From sequence record SRR31147125_413: a stretch of 36,711 nt of DNA; one strand, written 5' to 3'. The position numbers and the translations under genes are program-made. Positions 9,593-20,949 of the stretch are shown one piece after another. The stretch's first letter is position 1, and every line of letters starts with the position of its first letter. Under the pieces are notes generated by a model. The model made no database searches. It was not told where the DNA came from and saw nothing but the letters and a program-made list of their open reading frames with translations.

Positions 9593-12511
9593 TTGAAAAA
9601 ACCACTGATTATTATATTATCAATATTAATCGCATTTACTGCATTTTTAATTATTGATGGTCTAATCGCTAGATTTTCCTCAGACAATCTAGCATATAAC
9701 ACAACAGCTGTAAATTTATATGATGAAATTGATATTGACGCATATGATGCAGATGATTACTATACTTATATTGAAACATTTGAACCAAATTACCCAAGTA
9801 TAGAATCAATTGTTATTCCAGCAGCAACTGTTTTAGATGATGAAGATACAGAACATACGATCTTAGATCGTTATGAAGGTGTTTCTAACCCACTATTAAC
9901 AGAAGAGACAGGAACTGCTTCATGGGAAGTAGACATTGAAGAAGAAGGATTTTATCAAATTAAAGTGAATTATTTTCCTTATGAAGGGAAAAGTTCATCA
10001 ATCGAAAGAAAATTATATCTTAATGATGAAATTCCATTTGATGGTGCAAGTCAAATTATTTTTTATCGTATATGGGCAAATGAATCAGATGTAGAAACTG
10101 ATATTTATGGTAATGACATTAGACCATCACAAGTTGAAAAACCTATGTGGACATCAGCACTCATAAAAGATTCTGTTGGTTATGTTTCTGAACCTTTTAG
10201 TTTTTATTTTGATGAAGGTACCAATAAAATATCACTAGAATCTATTCGTGAACCGATGCTTATAGAAAGTATTGAAATACAATCAGTTGAGACTTATCAA
10301 TCTTATGATGAAGTATTAAGTGGTTATCAACAAAATGGTTATGAAACCGTTGATCAAGCCATTGAGATGGTGCAAGCAGAAAATGCATTATATACAACAT
10401 CACCGACATTATATGCACTTAACGATCGTACAAGTCCATTGACGATGTCAAGTGATCCATCACTTGTTAAACTTAACACTATTGGTGGAACAAATTGGCG
10501 TGTATCAGGTGATCAAATCACTTGGGAATTTGAAGTTACTGAAACAGGACTTTATGAGATAAGTATGCGATTAAAACAAAAATTAGCATCAGGGATGAAT
10601 GTTTCAAGAAACATTTATATTGATGGTGAAATTCCGTTTGAAGAAATGCGAAATTATGCATTTCAATTTGACAATGATTGGCGTATTCAAACACTTGGTC
10701 AAGAAGATGAAGCTTATCAGTTTTATTTAGAACAAGGAGTGCATACAATCACTTTAGAAGTGACACTTGGACAATATGGTCCTCTTATTGCTCAAATTCA
10801 AAATTCAATTACTAAACTTAATGAATTATATCGTGAAATTCTAGTTTATACAGGTCCAGAACCTGATGAGTATCGTGATTATGAACTAGAATCACGTATT
10901 GATAACTTAGTTGAAAGACTTGATACTGAACGTGAAAACTTATCTGACATTCGTCAGACATTAATTGATATTTCAGGATCAAAGAGTGAAAAAACAGGTA
11001 TTTTAGATACAGTTATATTACAATTAGAAGATTTTGTCGAATCACCACGTGAAATTCATAAGAACTTGTCGACATATAGTTCTAATATTTCATCACTTGG
11101 AACACTTGTCATTCTTCTAAGTGAACAACCACTTGAAATCGATTATCTAATCATACATGGTGAAAATGCAGATCTTCCACAAGCAAAAGCATCATTTTTC
11201 AAAAAAATGATTTATAATATCAAATCATTTTTTGCAAGCTTTACAACAGATTATGCATCCATTGGTCAAACATCAGAAGATGGAGACTATGAAACGATTG
11301 AAGTTTGGTTATCTGTAGGTAAAGATCAAACCAATATTGTAAGAAAAATGATTGATGAATCATTTACACCTAACACAGATATTCAAGTTGATTTAAAACT
11401 TGTTAATAGTGCTGTCTTACTGCCTGCAACACTTGCAGGAGAAGGTCCAGATGTTGCCATGGGTGTGGGTTATAACATTCCTGTTAATTATGCGATGAGA
11501 AATGCTGTCTATGATTTATCACAATTTGATGATTTTGATGAAATAAGCGATCGATTTATGGATAGTGCACTCGTAGGTTTTGAATATGAAGATGGTTATT
11601 ATGCACTACCTGAACAACAAATCTTTTTAATGATGTTTTATCGAACTGACATTTTTGAAGAGCTAGGTTTAGGTGTACCTGATACGTGGGATGAAGTCAT
11701 TGAAATGATTCCTGATCTTCAAAAACATAATTTAGAATTCTACCTTCCGGTACCTATTACACAAGGTGCTGTGATAAATCTGCCACCAAATCCAATATTT
11801 TCTACCATGTTTTATCAAAATGATGGAGAATTTTATATCAATGATAATACAGAAAGTGGATTTAACGAAGGCATGGGTCCACAAATATTTGATATTTGGA
11901 CACAATTTTATACAGATTATTCATTCCCAGTAGAAGCAAACTTCGTCAACCGTTTTAGATCTGGTCAAATGCCAATCGGTGTGACTTATTATAATGTCTA
12001 TAACACATTAAGTGTGTTTGCTCCTGAAATTAGAGGTAAATGGGACTTTGTTGCTGTACCAGGTACAGAATATGTCGATAGCGAAGGCGAAACACAAATT
12101 AGAAGAGATACTGTATCAACAAATACAGGTACAGTCATTATGGAAAAATCTGAGCATATCGATGCTTCATGGGAATTCTTAAAATGGTGGACTTCAACAG
12201 ATATACAAGTTCAATTTGGACGTGAAATGGAAGGTATTTTAGGAGCTGCAGCACGTTACCCAACAGCAAATGTAGAAGCACTTAGTCAATTACCATGGAC
12301 AGTCAATGAATATGAAAAACTATATGAACAATGGCAATGGGTTCAAGGTATTCCTGAAGTTCCAGGTGGCTATATGACAGGTAGACATTTAGATAATGCA
12401 TTTAGACTTGTCATTAATGATTATGCAAATCCTAGAGAAACCATTTATGATTATGTACAAATTATTAATGAAGAAATAGCGAAAAAACGAAGAGAATTTG
12501 GACTTGAATAA
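9593..12511 (+). CDS. Large membrane-anchored extracellular solute-binding protein with N-terminal CBM-like beta-sandwich domains
   Basis: TTG 9593 lies 8 nt after GGGAG (GTG 9584 overlaps the RBS). N-terminal TM helix. C-terminal SBP motifs GEGPDVA, MMFYRTDIFEELGL..PDTWDE and AS WEFLKWWTS. Confidence 0.85.
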   Translation: MKKPLIIILSILIAFTAFLIIDGLIARFSSDNLAYNTTAVNLYDEIDIDAYDADDYYTYIETFEPNYPSIESIVIPAATVLDDEDTEHTILDRYEGVSNPLLTEETGTASWEVDIEEEGFYQIKVNYFPYEGKSSSIERKLYLNDEIPFDGASQIIFYRIWANESDVETDIYGNDIRPSQVEKPMWTSALIKDSVGYVSEPFSFYFDEGTNKISLESIREPMLIESIEIQSVETYQSYDEVLSGYQQNGYETVDQAIEMVQAENALYTTSPTLYALNDRTSPLTMSSDPSLVKLNTIGGTNWRVSGDQITWEFEVTETGLYEISMRLKQKLASGMNVSRNIYIDGEIPFEEMRNYAFQFDNDWRIQTLGQEDEAYQFYLEQGVHTITLEVTLGQYGPLIAQIQNSITKLNELYREILVYTGPEPDEYRDYELESRIDNLVERLDTERENLSDIRQTLIDISGSKSEKTGILDTVILQLEDFVESPREIHKNLSTYSSNISSLGTLVILLSEQPLEIDYLIIHGENADLPQAKASFFKKMIYNIKSFFASFTTDYASIGQTSEDGDYETIEVWLSVGKDQTNIVRKMIDESFTPNTDIQVDLKLVNSAVLLPATLAGEGPDVAMGVGYNIPVNYAMRNAVYDLSQFDDFDEISDRFMDSALVGFEYEDGYYALPEQQIFLMMFYRTDIFEELGLGVPDTWDEVIEMIPDLQKHNLEFYLPVPITQGAVINLPPNPIFSTMFYQNDGEFYINDNTESGFNEGMGPQIFDIWTQFYTDYSFPVEANFVNRFRSGQMPIGVTYYNVYNTLSVFAPEIRGKWDFVAVPGTEYVDSEGETQIRRDTVSTNTGTVIMEKSEHIDASWEFLKWWTSTDIQVQFGREMEGILGAAARYPTANVEALSQLPWTVNEYEKLYEQWQWVQGIPEVPGGYMTGRHLDNAFRLVINDYANPRETIYDYVQIINEEIAKKRREFGLE

Positions 12512-12522
12512 GGAGGATAGAT

Positions 12523-13446
12523 ATGCAGACAGAAATTAAAATGCCAACAAAGAAAAAGCAACTTTGGAATGAAATGAAGAAAAATAAGCATAACTACATC
12601 CTTATGGCCCCTTATGTCATTCTATTTCTAACGTTTACTGTTGTACCAGTATTTATGTCATTAGGTATTAGTTTTACTTACTTTAACTTATTAGAACCAC
12701 CTAAATTTATAGGTTTAGATAATTATACAAAATTGATTTTTGATGATGATGTTTTCATCATCGCATTAAAAAATACATTAATCTTAGCGGTTGTCACAGG
12801 ACCTGTGAGTTATTTACTCGCATTCGTCTTTGCATGGCTTATTAATGAATTAAAACCAAAACTAAGAGCATTTATGACTTTAGTGTTTTATGCACCATCT
12901 ATATCAGGTAATGCGTTTTTGATATGGTTACTCATCTTCTCAGGTGATGTCCATGGTTATGCCAATGCATTTTTGATAAAATTAGGATTTATTGATAATC
13001 CAATACTTTGGTTAAAAGATCCTGATTATATGTTAGGTGTTATTATACTCGTTCAATTATGGTTAAGTTTAGGTGTGAGTTTCCTTGCATTTATTGCTGG
13101 ACTTCAAAGCGTTGATAAAACATTATATGAAGCTGGTGCGATTGATGGTATTAGAAATAGATGGCAAGAATTATGGCATATTACATTACCTTCAATGAAA
13201 CCACAATTATTATTTGGTGCTGTGATGCAAATCACAACAAGTTTAGCGATTGCACAAGTATCCATGCAACTTGTTGGATTTCCATCCATTGAATATGCAG
13301 GACACACGATTGTCACCCATTTAATTGATTATGGGTCCACACGCTTTGATCTTGGCTATGCATCAGCGATTGCGACCATATTATTCTTTATTATGATGGT
13401 GACAAACTTAATCGTTCGATCTGTTTTAAGAAAGGTCGGTAATTAA
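12523..13446 (+). CDS. Carbohydrate ABC transporter permease (MalF-type)
   Basis: FIGLDNY; EAA loop LYEAGAIDG...WHITLPSMKP; GYASAIA; multiple TM helices. Confidence 0.93.
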   Translation: MQTEIKMPTKKKQLWNEMKKNKHNYILMAPYVILFLTFTVVPVFMSLGISFTYFNLLEPPKFIGLDNYTKLIFDDDVFIIALKNTLILAVVTGPVSYLLAFVFAWLINELKPKLRAFMTLVFYAPSISGNAFLIWLLIFSGDVHGYANAFLIKLGFIDNPILWLKDPDYMLGVIILVQLWLSLGVSFLAFIAGLQSVDKTLYEAGAIDGIRNRWQELWHITLPSMKPQLLFGAVMQITTSLAIAQVSMQLVGFPSIEYAGHTIVTHLIDYGSTRFDLGYASAIATILFFIMMVTNLIVRSVLRKVGN

Positions 13447-13447
13447 G

Positions 13448-14334
13448 ATGTTGCAAAATATTAAAAATGAACTTAAAAATAGAAAATATCGCAAGAAAAA
13501 AGACTTAATCGTTCAAGAGCAGGCGATATTACATTATTTATACTATTAGCCATATTTGGTTTTTTCAGTGCATTTCCACTGATTATGACGGTATCGAATG
13601 CATTTAAACCGCTTGATGAGTTATTTGTGTTCCCACCTAAATTATTTCCAAGAAATGTGACATTTGATAATTTTAGAGATTTATCAGAGTTAATCAATAA
13701 CTCATGGATACCTTTTAGTCGTTATTTCTTTAATACAATACTTATTACAACGCTTGGTACTGTTGGTCATGTGATTATTGCATCAATGGCTGCATATCCA
13801 CTTGCAAAATATAAATTTCCTGGAAGAAACATTATTTTTACACTAGTTGTCTATAGTTTAATGTTTGCGCCACAAGTGACTGCAACACCAAACTATATTA
13901 TTATTTCTAAACTAAACTTAATTGATAATCCAGCTGCAATTATTCTACCAGCAATAGCATCAAGTTTAGGATTATATTTAATGAAACAATTTATGGAACA
14001 AATTCCAAATGAATTAATAGAAAGTGCGAAAATTGATGGTGCGAGTGAATATCGTATATTCTTCCAAATTGTGATGCCACTTGTTAAACCTGCATGGTTA
14101 ACACTCATTATCTTATTATTCCAAAGATTATGGATTACAGATGGTGGATCATTTATTATTAGTGAAGAATTAAAACCTGTGAGTTATGCACTACGTCAAA
14201 TTGCACAAGGTACGATTGAACGTGCCGGTACGATTGCTGCAGTGTCATTTATTATGATGATTGTACCTGTGACATTCTTTATTCTGTCACAATCAAGAAT
14301 CGTTGAAACATTTAGCCATTCAGGTATGAAATAG
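13448..14334 (+). CDS. Carbohydrate ABC transporter permease (MalG-type); apparent frameshift near 5' end
   Basis: EAA loop LIESAKIDGA. The frame of ORF 13585 extends upstream as RLNRSRAGDITLFILLAIFG (first TM) to a stop at 13480. ATG 13448 joins it if one A is added to A6 at 13496-13501. Confidence 0.88.
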
Positions 14335-14341
14335 GAGGCCG

Positions 14342-15811
14342 ATGATGAAAGTATGGACATATTTATCTTTATTAGTACTCTTGCCTATACAAGTGGCTAG
14401 TATTAATTATAATTACTCATACTATGGTGATGTCATTCATTCATCACCTGGGATGAACTTTGCAACATATTTTAATGAAAATACGCTTGGTGTCACTTTT
14501 TCTTCACCAGAAGATATAGTGATTTATGATGATGTGATCTATATCATTGATTCAAAAGAGAATGCATTAATCTTAGTTGATGATACTTTTGAAACCATCA
14601 GTTACCATCAATCATTTGATTTATCACAATCATATATAGATACACTTGATGCATCTGAATCAACTGATCCAATAACGTTATCTAGTCCTTATGGTATTGA
14701 TGTCAAAGAAAGTGGTATTTATATTGCAGATAGTGGAAACAATCGCATTGTAAAACTTAGCCATCAGTTTGAAGTCTTGGATATATTTCAAGATATTGAT
14801 GAAACTGTATTTGAAGAAATCGCATTTGAACCTCGTAAAATTACAGTTGATAGTGCAGAACGTGTATATGTTGTCGCTAGAAACGTCTATGAAGGGATTA
14901 TTGAATTATCATCTGATGGTAGTTTTAATCGATATACAGGGGTAAACCCAGTATCACTTAATCCCCTAGAAATCTTTAGACGTTCACTGATGACAGATGA
15001 ACAACTCGATCAATTACAATTATTCTTGCCTACAGAATATACAAATATTACGATGACAGATAAAAACTTCATTTATGCGACATCAAAAGCATCTGATGAA
15101 AATGCTGAAAATATGATTCAGCTTATTAATCCTAAAGGTGTTGATGTGCTTGTTAGAAATGGATATCACACACCGATGGGTGATATTCAATATATTGAAA
15201 ATAATAACAATTATGTCATATCAGGACCTAGTTCTTTAGTTGATATTGCCTATACAGATAACGGTATTTATACCGTTCTTGATCAAAAGAGATCACGCTT
15301 ATTTACCTATGATAGTGAAGGTAATCTTCTCTATATCAATGGTAATGAAGGATCACAAAGTGATAAATTCTCTGAAGGTGTTGCGATTGATTACTTAGGT
15401 GATGATTTACTGGTACTTGATCGTAAGAGTCGTACTGTTGTTGTTTATCAACTCACTGATTTCGGTGAAAAAGTAAATACAGCTATTGGACTTCATGAAA
15501 ATGGGAAATTTTTAGAAGCGGCAGAAGTTTGGAAAGAAGTGTTAAAGCTGAATACAAATTACGAAATAGCTTATAACGGTATAGGTAAATTTTATTTAAG
15601 ATCTGAAGACTATAAAACAGCGATGGAGTATTTTAAACTAGGCCATGATAAATACTATTATTCAAAAGCTTTTAAGAATTACCGTAATGAACAATTAAAA
15701 GAAAACTTTGGTCTAATTATGGGTGTTATTACACTTACAGTTGTTGCGGTGATAGGTCTTAGAATCTATCGTGTGAAGAAACGTGGAGGAAGTGTGTTAT
15801 ATGAAGATTAA
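14342..15811 (+). CDS. NHL-repeat beta-propeller / TPR membrane-anchored protein
   Basis: Signal peptide; NHL repeats (SSPYGIDV..IYIADSGNNRI, EPRKITVDS); TPR-like EAAEVWKEVLKLNTNYEIAYNGIGK; C-terminal TM helix. Confidence 0.82.
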   Translation: MMKVWTYLSLLVLLPIQVASINYNYSYYGDVIHSSPGMNFATYFNENTLGVTFSSPEDIVIYDDVIYIIDSKENALILVDDTFETISYHQSFDLSQSYIDTLDASESTDPITLSSPYGIDVKESGIYIADSGNNRIVKLSHQFEVLDIFQDIDETVFEEIAFEPRKITVDSAERVYVVARNVYEGIIELSSDGSFNRYTGVNPVSLNPLEIFRRSLMTDEQLDQLQLFLPTEYTNITMTDKNFIYATSKASDENAENMIQLINPKGVDVLVRNGYHTPMGDIQYIENNNNYVISGPSSLVDIAYTDNGIYTVLDQKRSRLFTYDSEGNLLYINGNEGSQSDKFSEGVAIDYLGDDLLVLDRKSRTVVVYQLTDFGEKVNTAIGLHENGKFLEAAEVWKEVLKLNTNYEIAYNGIGKFYLRSEDYKTAMEYFKLGHDKYYYSKAFKNYRNEQLKENFGLIMGVITLTVVAVIGLRIYRVKKRGGSVLYED

Positions 15812-16442
15812 ATTAAAACAAGCACTATTTGATTTTATACTATTTCCAAAACATATATTATTTCATCCATTTGATGGATTTGAAGAACTCAAACGTTACA
15901 AAAAAGGTAAAATGTCAGTTGCATTTATCTTTATTGCACTTTATGCAGTTTTTAGAATATTTATTTTTCAAAATGAAGGTTTTTTAGTCAATGATAGAAA
16001 TCCATTAACACTCAATAGTTTAAGTGAAATATTTATCGTGATTTTAATCATTGGCCTATTTACTGTTGGTAATTGGTCTGTGACTACCCTTATGGAGGGT
16101 AAAGGTTCTTATAAAGAGATTTTAATGGTCACTGGTTATGCATTATTTCCATTGATTATCATTGGATTTCCAAGTGTGATTTTATCAAATTACTTTACAC
16201 TTGAAGAGATGACTTTCTATCATTTATTAATGGGTATTGCATATGTGTCTACAGGATGGATGTTATTTATGGGGATGTTAAATATCCATCATTATGGTCT
16301 TGGTAAAACGATTGTTGCATTTATTGCAACAATGGTTGCTATGGCTGTCATGATATTCTTTGGATTATTATTCTTTGATTTAATTCAACAATTTATATCA
16401 TTTTTAGCATCCATTTACGAAGAATTAAACTTGAGATATTAG
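15801..16442 (+). CDS. YIP1-family membrane protein
   Basis: ATG 15801 after GGAGGA; ILFHPFDGF motif, about five TM helices; typical position after the NHL gene. Confidence 0.78.
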   Translation: MKIKLKQALFDFILFPKHILFHPFDGFEELKRYKKGKMSVAFIFIALYAVFRIFIFQNEGFLVNDRNPLTLNSLSEIFIVILIIGLFTVGNWSVTTLMEGKGSYKEILMVTGYALFPLIIIGFPSVILSNYFTLEEMTFYHLLMGIAYVSTGWMLFMGMLNIHHYGLGKTIVAFIATMVAMAVMIFFGLLFFDLIQQFISFLASIYEELNLRY

Positions 16443-16452
16443 AGGGAGACTT

Positions 16453-19038
16453 ATGAAGCATATTAAAAGATTAGTCATTTTCATCATGATTGCTGCAATC
16501 GCATCTCTATATTTCTTGTTAGGTAACCATGATGCATCAGACATTGAAGCAATAGAAAAAATTGCATATTCTAGTGATGGTTTTGTTGATGCAGCAACAC
16601 TTACTGATACGAATAAACTAGTTGCATCAAACCAAAACTTTGATTTATATATGGATGAAACAACATCTTATTTTAAAGTTTATGACAAAATCAATGATGT
16701 TACTTATCAATCAAATCCAACTGAAGATGATCCTTGGATTGCAGATGAGAATCAAATGATTACAAATACAGCGATTGAAAAACAAAAAGCAACGTTAGAA
16801 ATACAATATGTTAATGAAAAAGGTTCATTAACCACAATTAATAATTATACATATAGTATTTATCATCCAGAAACAATTTTAGATGATGAAGGACTTAGAA
16901 CATTTGGTATTAAATATATTGATGATGGTGTTCAAATCAAATATGAAATTGAAGATTTAGAAATCGATTATTTATATTTTCCAAAATATATTCCGATTGA
17001 AACTTTTGAAGCACTAGATGATTATAATTTATTGAAATCACTTGCTTATAAAGGGATTGATGAAGAACTTGGTGTTTATCAAATTAATGATGATGAGTAT
17101 GAATCAATGAGTGAACTTGTTAGAAAAAACTTATATCGTATATTTTATGAAAAGTTAGGCTACACAAGAGAACAAGCTATTGCAGAAAATGAGTCATATG
17201 GGTATTTTGAATCATATGAAAAAATTAGATTTGAAATTGCGATTCAACTCAAATTAACTGAAGATGGTATTAAAACAACCATCATTAGGGATTCAATTGA
17301 AGAATCAAAATCAGAACGTATCGCTAAAATTACACTTTATCCATTATTTGGAACTGCAATTGCAGTTGATGATTTAAATCAACCTACTGAAGGTTATTTA
17401 GTCATACCTGATGGTAGTGGGGCAATAATTGAATTTAATAATGGTAAGTATTTTCAAAATGCTTATAACAAACGTTTATATGGACAGGATTTAAGTTTAA
17501 TGCCAAATGATATGGCTGAACAACAAGAAAAGATTGCAATTCCAGTTTATGGCATGATTAAAGAAGACCATGGATTTGCTGCAATTATTACAAAAGGTGA
17601 TGCCATGGCATCGATACAAGCAGATGTTTCTGGTCGTATTGATTCATATAATAAGATTTATACTTCATTTACGCTAAGAGAAGTTGAATCAGTCGTCATA
17701 GGTTCTGGTTTTAATCAATATGGTGTAGATCTATATACTGATGAGATTGTAGACACTGATTTTGAAGTGAGTTATCAGTTTTTAGATGCATCACATGCAA
17801 GTTATGCAGGTATCGCATCGATATATAGACAACATTTGATTGATACATATGGACTTACAGAAATTGACAATACCAATCAAACAGTTCTTACAACTGAATT
17901 CATTGGTGCATATGATAAACAATCATTCTTACTCGGTGTGCCATATGATTCCATGCAATCAATGACAACTTATGAAGAAGCCTTAGAAATTATTAAAGAA
18001 CTTCAAGATCTAGGTATCAATGATATGAATGTATTGTATCAAGGTACGTACAATGGTGGTCTAAAACAATCACTAAATGATGAAATTGATTATGAAAAAG
18101 TACTTGGTGGCGAAAAAGGGTATGATGAACTTTATACATACTTAAGCGATCAAGGTATTGATCTTTATCAAAGCGCATCATTGATGACTGCAAACTCATA
18201 TCATAAAGCATTTGATAAATATAGATACACGGCACAACGTATTGATGGTAGTCATGCCATTGACTACGCATATCACTATCCATCAGGTCTTCCGTATACT
18301 GAAACAGATTTTGATCATAGTGCAGGAGATTATGTCGTTAATCCCGTCTATTATCAATCAATTTATGAAGATTTTAATCAAGACTATGATTACAGTTATG
18401 TAGCACTAAATGGCATTGGTTCAATGTTAGCTGGTCATTATAATGACAAACAAACAGTATATGTACAAGAAGCCATTAATCTACAATTACAATTACTAGA
18501 TAGTATGGAAGAATCACTAATGCTTAATAACCCGTTGGGTTATGCGATTAGTTATGCAAATTACATCTCAGATTTACCTACTGAAACAACACTTTATTCA
18601 ATTATTGATTATCAAATACCATTATTACAACTTGTCTTATCAGGTTTTGTTGATTATAGTGGGCAATCAATGAATTTAGCAAGTGATCGTTCTATCGATT
18701 ACCAATTCTTAAAAGCTATTGAAACAGGATCAAATCTTAAATATACACTCACACATGATGATTCGATTGAATTGCTAAATACAGAATACAATTATTATAT
18801 GGCTACTCAGTATGATTTTTGGTTAGATACGATTGCATCACAAATACAAGAACTTGATACGATTGGTCTGCATGAAGGATATTTAGTAGGTCATGAACAA
18901 GTCGCTAATAATGTATTTAAAGTGACTTATAGTCATGGACTTACCATCTACATTAATTACAATTTAAGTGATGTCACTGTTAATGCAATACATGTTGGTA
19001 GTATGGATTATACTGTTGTGGAGGTTCTTCAGCCATGA
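16453..19038 (+). CDS. DUF5696-like large extracellular protein (possible glycoside-hydrolase-like fold)
   Basis: N-terminal TM anchor; LYPLFG...EGYLVIPDGSGAIIEFNNGK, IPVYG, IPLLQLVLSG and VTYSHG.TIYINY; context between YIP1 and permease genes. Confidence 0.75.
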   Translation: MKHIKRLVIFIMIAAIASLYFLLGNHDASDIEAIEKIAYSSDGFVDAATLTDTNKLVASNQNFDLYMDETTSYFKVYDKINDVTYQSNPTEDDPWIADENQMITNTAIEKQKATLEIQYVNEKGSLTTINNYTYSIYHPETILDDEGLRTFGIKYIDDGVQIKYEIEDLEIDYLYFPKYIPIETFEALDDYNLLKSLAYKGIDEELGVYQINDDEYESMSELVRKNLYRIFYEKLGYTREQAIAENESYGYFESYEKIRFEIAIQLKLTEDGIKTTIIRDSIEESKSERIAKITLYPLFGTAIAVDDLNQPTEGYLVIPDGSGAIIEFNNGKYFQNAYNKRLYGQDLSLMPNDMAEQQEKIAIPVYGMIKEDHGFAAIITKGDAMASIQADVSGRIDSYNKIYTSFTLREVESVVIGSGFNQYGVDLYTDEIVDTDFEVSYQFLDASHASYAGIASIYRQHLIDTYGLTEIDNTNQTVLTTEFIGAYDKQSFLLGVPYDSMQSMTTYEEALEIIKELQDLGINDMNVLYQGTYNGGLKQSLNDEIDYEKVLGGEKGYDELYTYLSDQGIDLYQSASLMTANSYHKAFDKYRYTAQRIDGSHAIDYAYHYPSGLPYTETDFDHSAGDYVVNPVYYQSIYEDFNQDYDYSYVALNGIGSMLAGHYNDKQTVYVQEAINLQLQLLDSMEESLMLNNPLGYAISYANYISDLPTETTLYSIIDYQIPLLQLVLSGFVDYSGQSMNLASDRSIDYQFLKAIETGSNLKYTLTHDDSIELLNTEYNYYMATQYDFWLDTIASQIQELDTIGLHEGYLVGHEQVANNVFKVTYSHGLTIYINYNLSDVTVNAIHVGSMDYTVVEVLQP

Positions 19039-19961
19039 AAAAATACATAGAAAAAGTGACTTCTTATTTTAAACATATGACGTATAAACAAAAGAAAAAA
19101 TTATGGGGTGTTGTCTTTTTACTCCCATGGATTATCGGTATCTTATTATTCTTTGTCATTCCATTTATTAATTCATTACAATATAGTTTCTTTGAATTAA
19201 CACCTCAAGCAGGTCTTATCGAAAAAACATTTATTGGATTTGATAATTATAAATATGCGATTAATACACATGTAACTGATACATCTAGCTTTAGAGTAGA
19301 ACTCATCACAACAACAACTGATGTTTTAATTAATTTACCAGTTTTATTGATTTTTAGCTTATTTATCGCAGTTGTACTTAATATGAAGTTTAGAGGACGT
19401 GCTATTGTTAGAGCAATCTTCTTTATTCCTGTTATTCTTAATTCTGCAGCAGTAGCAACTGCTGTAGGTGGTGCTGATGCGATTAATAGCATTTTAGAAC
19501 AACAAGGAATCGGAAAAATATTTGATTTAGAGTTTTATCTGATGCAATCAGGACTTCCACAGTTTTTTATCACTTTTATTGTAGGTCTTATTGAACGTAT
19601 CTATGATATTTTAGCCTTATCTGGTGTGCCGATTTTGCTATTCTTAGCAAGTATTCAATCAGTACCAGGTCACTTATATGAAGCTGCTAAAATTGAAGGT
19701 GCAACTTCTTATGAAATGTTTTGGTTAATTACATTGCCTAATGTGACACCACACATTTTAACTGTTGTTGTCTATGCGCTCGTAGACACTTTCTTAACAT
19801 CAAGTGTTTCAACAATTATTAGTGAAGAATTAAGTGTACAAAATTGGGGACTCAGTTCAGCCATGGCATGGATATATGTATCAACAATACTGGTGATCCT
19901 TGCAGTGATTTGGGCGCTTGCAAAAATCTTCCATATAGGAGAATCTCATTATGAATCTTAA
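19035..19961 (+). CDS. Carbohydrate ABC transporter permease (MalF-type)
   Basis: FIGFDNY; RAIFFIPVIL; EAA loop LYEAAKIEGAT..EMFWLITLP; ATGA overlap with the upstream gene. Confidence 0.92.
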   Translation: MKKYIEKVTSYFKHMTYKQKKKLWGVVFLLPWIIGILLFFVIPFINSLQYSFFELTPQAGLIEKTFIGFDNYKYAINTHVTDTSSFRVELITTTTDVLINLPVLLIFSLFIAVVLNMKFRGRAIVRAIFFIPVILNSAAVATAVGGADAINSILEQQGIGKIFDLEFYLMQSGLPQFFITFIVGLIERIYDILALSGVPILLFLASIQSVPGHLYEAAKIEGATSYEMFWLITLPNVTPHILTVVVYALVDTFLTSSVSTIISEELSVQNWGLSSAMAWIYVSTILVILAVIWALAKIFHIGESHYES

Positions 19962-20949
19962 TATTAAAGAAAAAATTAGAGAAAATTTCCAAGATATGGT
20001 TAAAGAAATAAAGAATCCAGCTAAACAACTTAGAGCAAAACGTAAAGCCCAACATGTTTTATTAGTGATCATGCGTTCAGTACTCTTGTTTGGATTAAGT
20101 TTTGTGATCTTATTTCCAACCATTCAGCAAGTGCTTATGGCGCTACGTGCACCAGAGGATGTGAATAATCCTGCAGTGATATGGATCCCTGAAACATGGA
20201 GTTTCATGAATATTAAAATTGCAAGTATAGTTTTAGATTACAAATCGGCTTTATTTAACACATTTAAATTAAGTCTTATATCTACAGTTTTACAAATAGC
20301 AAGTACAGCACTTGCTGGATATGCATTTTCAAGACTAAGATTTAAGGGTAGTGATTTATTATTTATATTAGTTATTTTAACAATCATTACACCACCACAA
20401 GCTTTATCACTCGCTCAATATTTATACTTTAGATCTATTTCTTTAATTGGAAAAGAATCATCGATTTATATTATGAGTGGTCTCGGTATGGGTATTCGTT
20501 CAGGTATATTTATCTATATCTTTAGAAGTTTCTTTAAAGGACTACCTAAAGAATTAGAAGAATCAGCAATGATTGATGGTGCTGGAGTATTTAGAATATT
20601 TCGATCAGTGATGTTACCAAATGCAAGAGGAGCGTTGCTTACAGTAGGATTGTTTGCTTTTGTTTGGCAATGGAATGATGCATATTATGTCAAAATATTT
20701 GAAGTCAGTACTGAAGAATTTCCACTCTTGACGATGCGTTTAATTAATGCAGCTGAGAATATGTATGCAGCGTTATTCTATTCAGGTGGTTTATCACTTG
20801 TCGGACAAGATGTTTGGGAAAATCCAGTATTTCTTGCACTCATTACAAATGTATCAGCATTGCTCATGATGCTACCTTTACTTATATTATATTTATTTGT
20901 ACAAAAACAATTTGTTGAATCTATTGAAAGAACAGGTATAGTCGGTTAA
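19951..20949 (+). CDS. Carbohydrate ABC transporter permease (MalG-type)
   Basis: AGYAFSRL; EAA loop LPKELEESAMIDGAG; FVWQWND; QKQFVESIERTGIVG. Confidence 0.92.
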   Translation: MNLNIKEKIRENFQDMVKEIKNPAKQLRAKRKAQHVLLVIMRSVLLFGLSFVILFPTIQQVLMALRAPEDVNNPAVIWIPETWSFMNIKIASIVLDYKSALFNTFKLSLISTVLQIASTALAGYAFSRLRFKGSDLLFILVILTIITPPQALSLAQYLYFRSISLIGKESSIYIMSGLGMGIRSGIFIYIFRSFFKGLPKELEESAMIDGAGVFRIFRSVMLPNARGALLTVGLFAFVWQWNDAYYVKIFEVSTEEFPLLTMRLINAAENMYAALFYSGGLSLVGQDVWENPVFLALITNVSALLMMLPLLILYLFVQKQFVESIERTGIVG

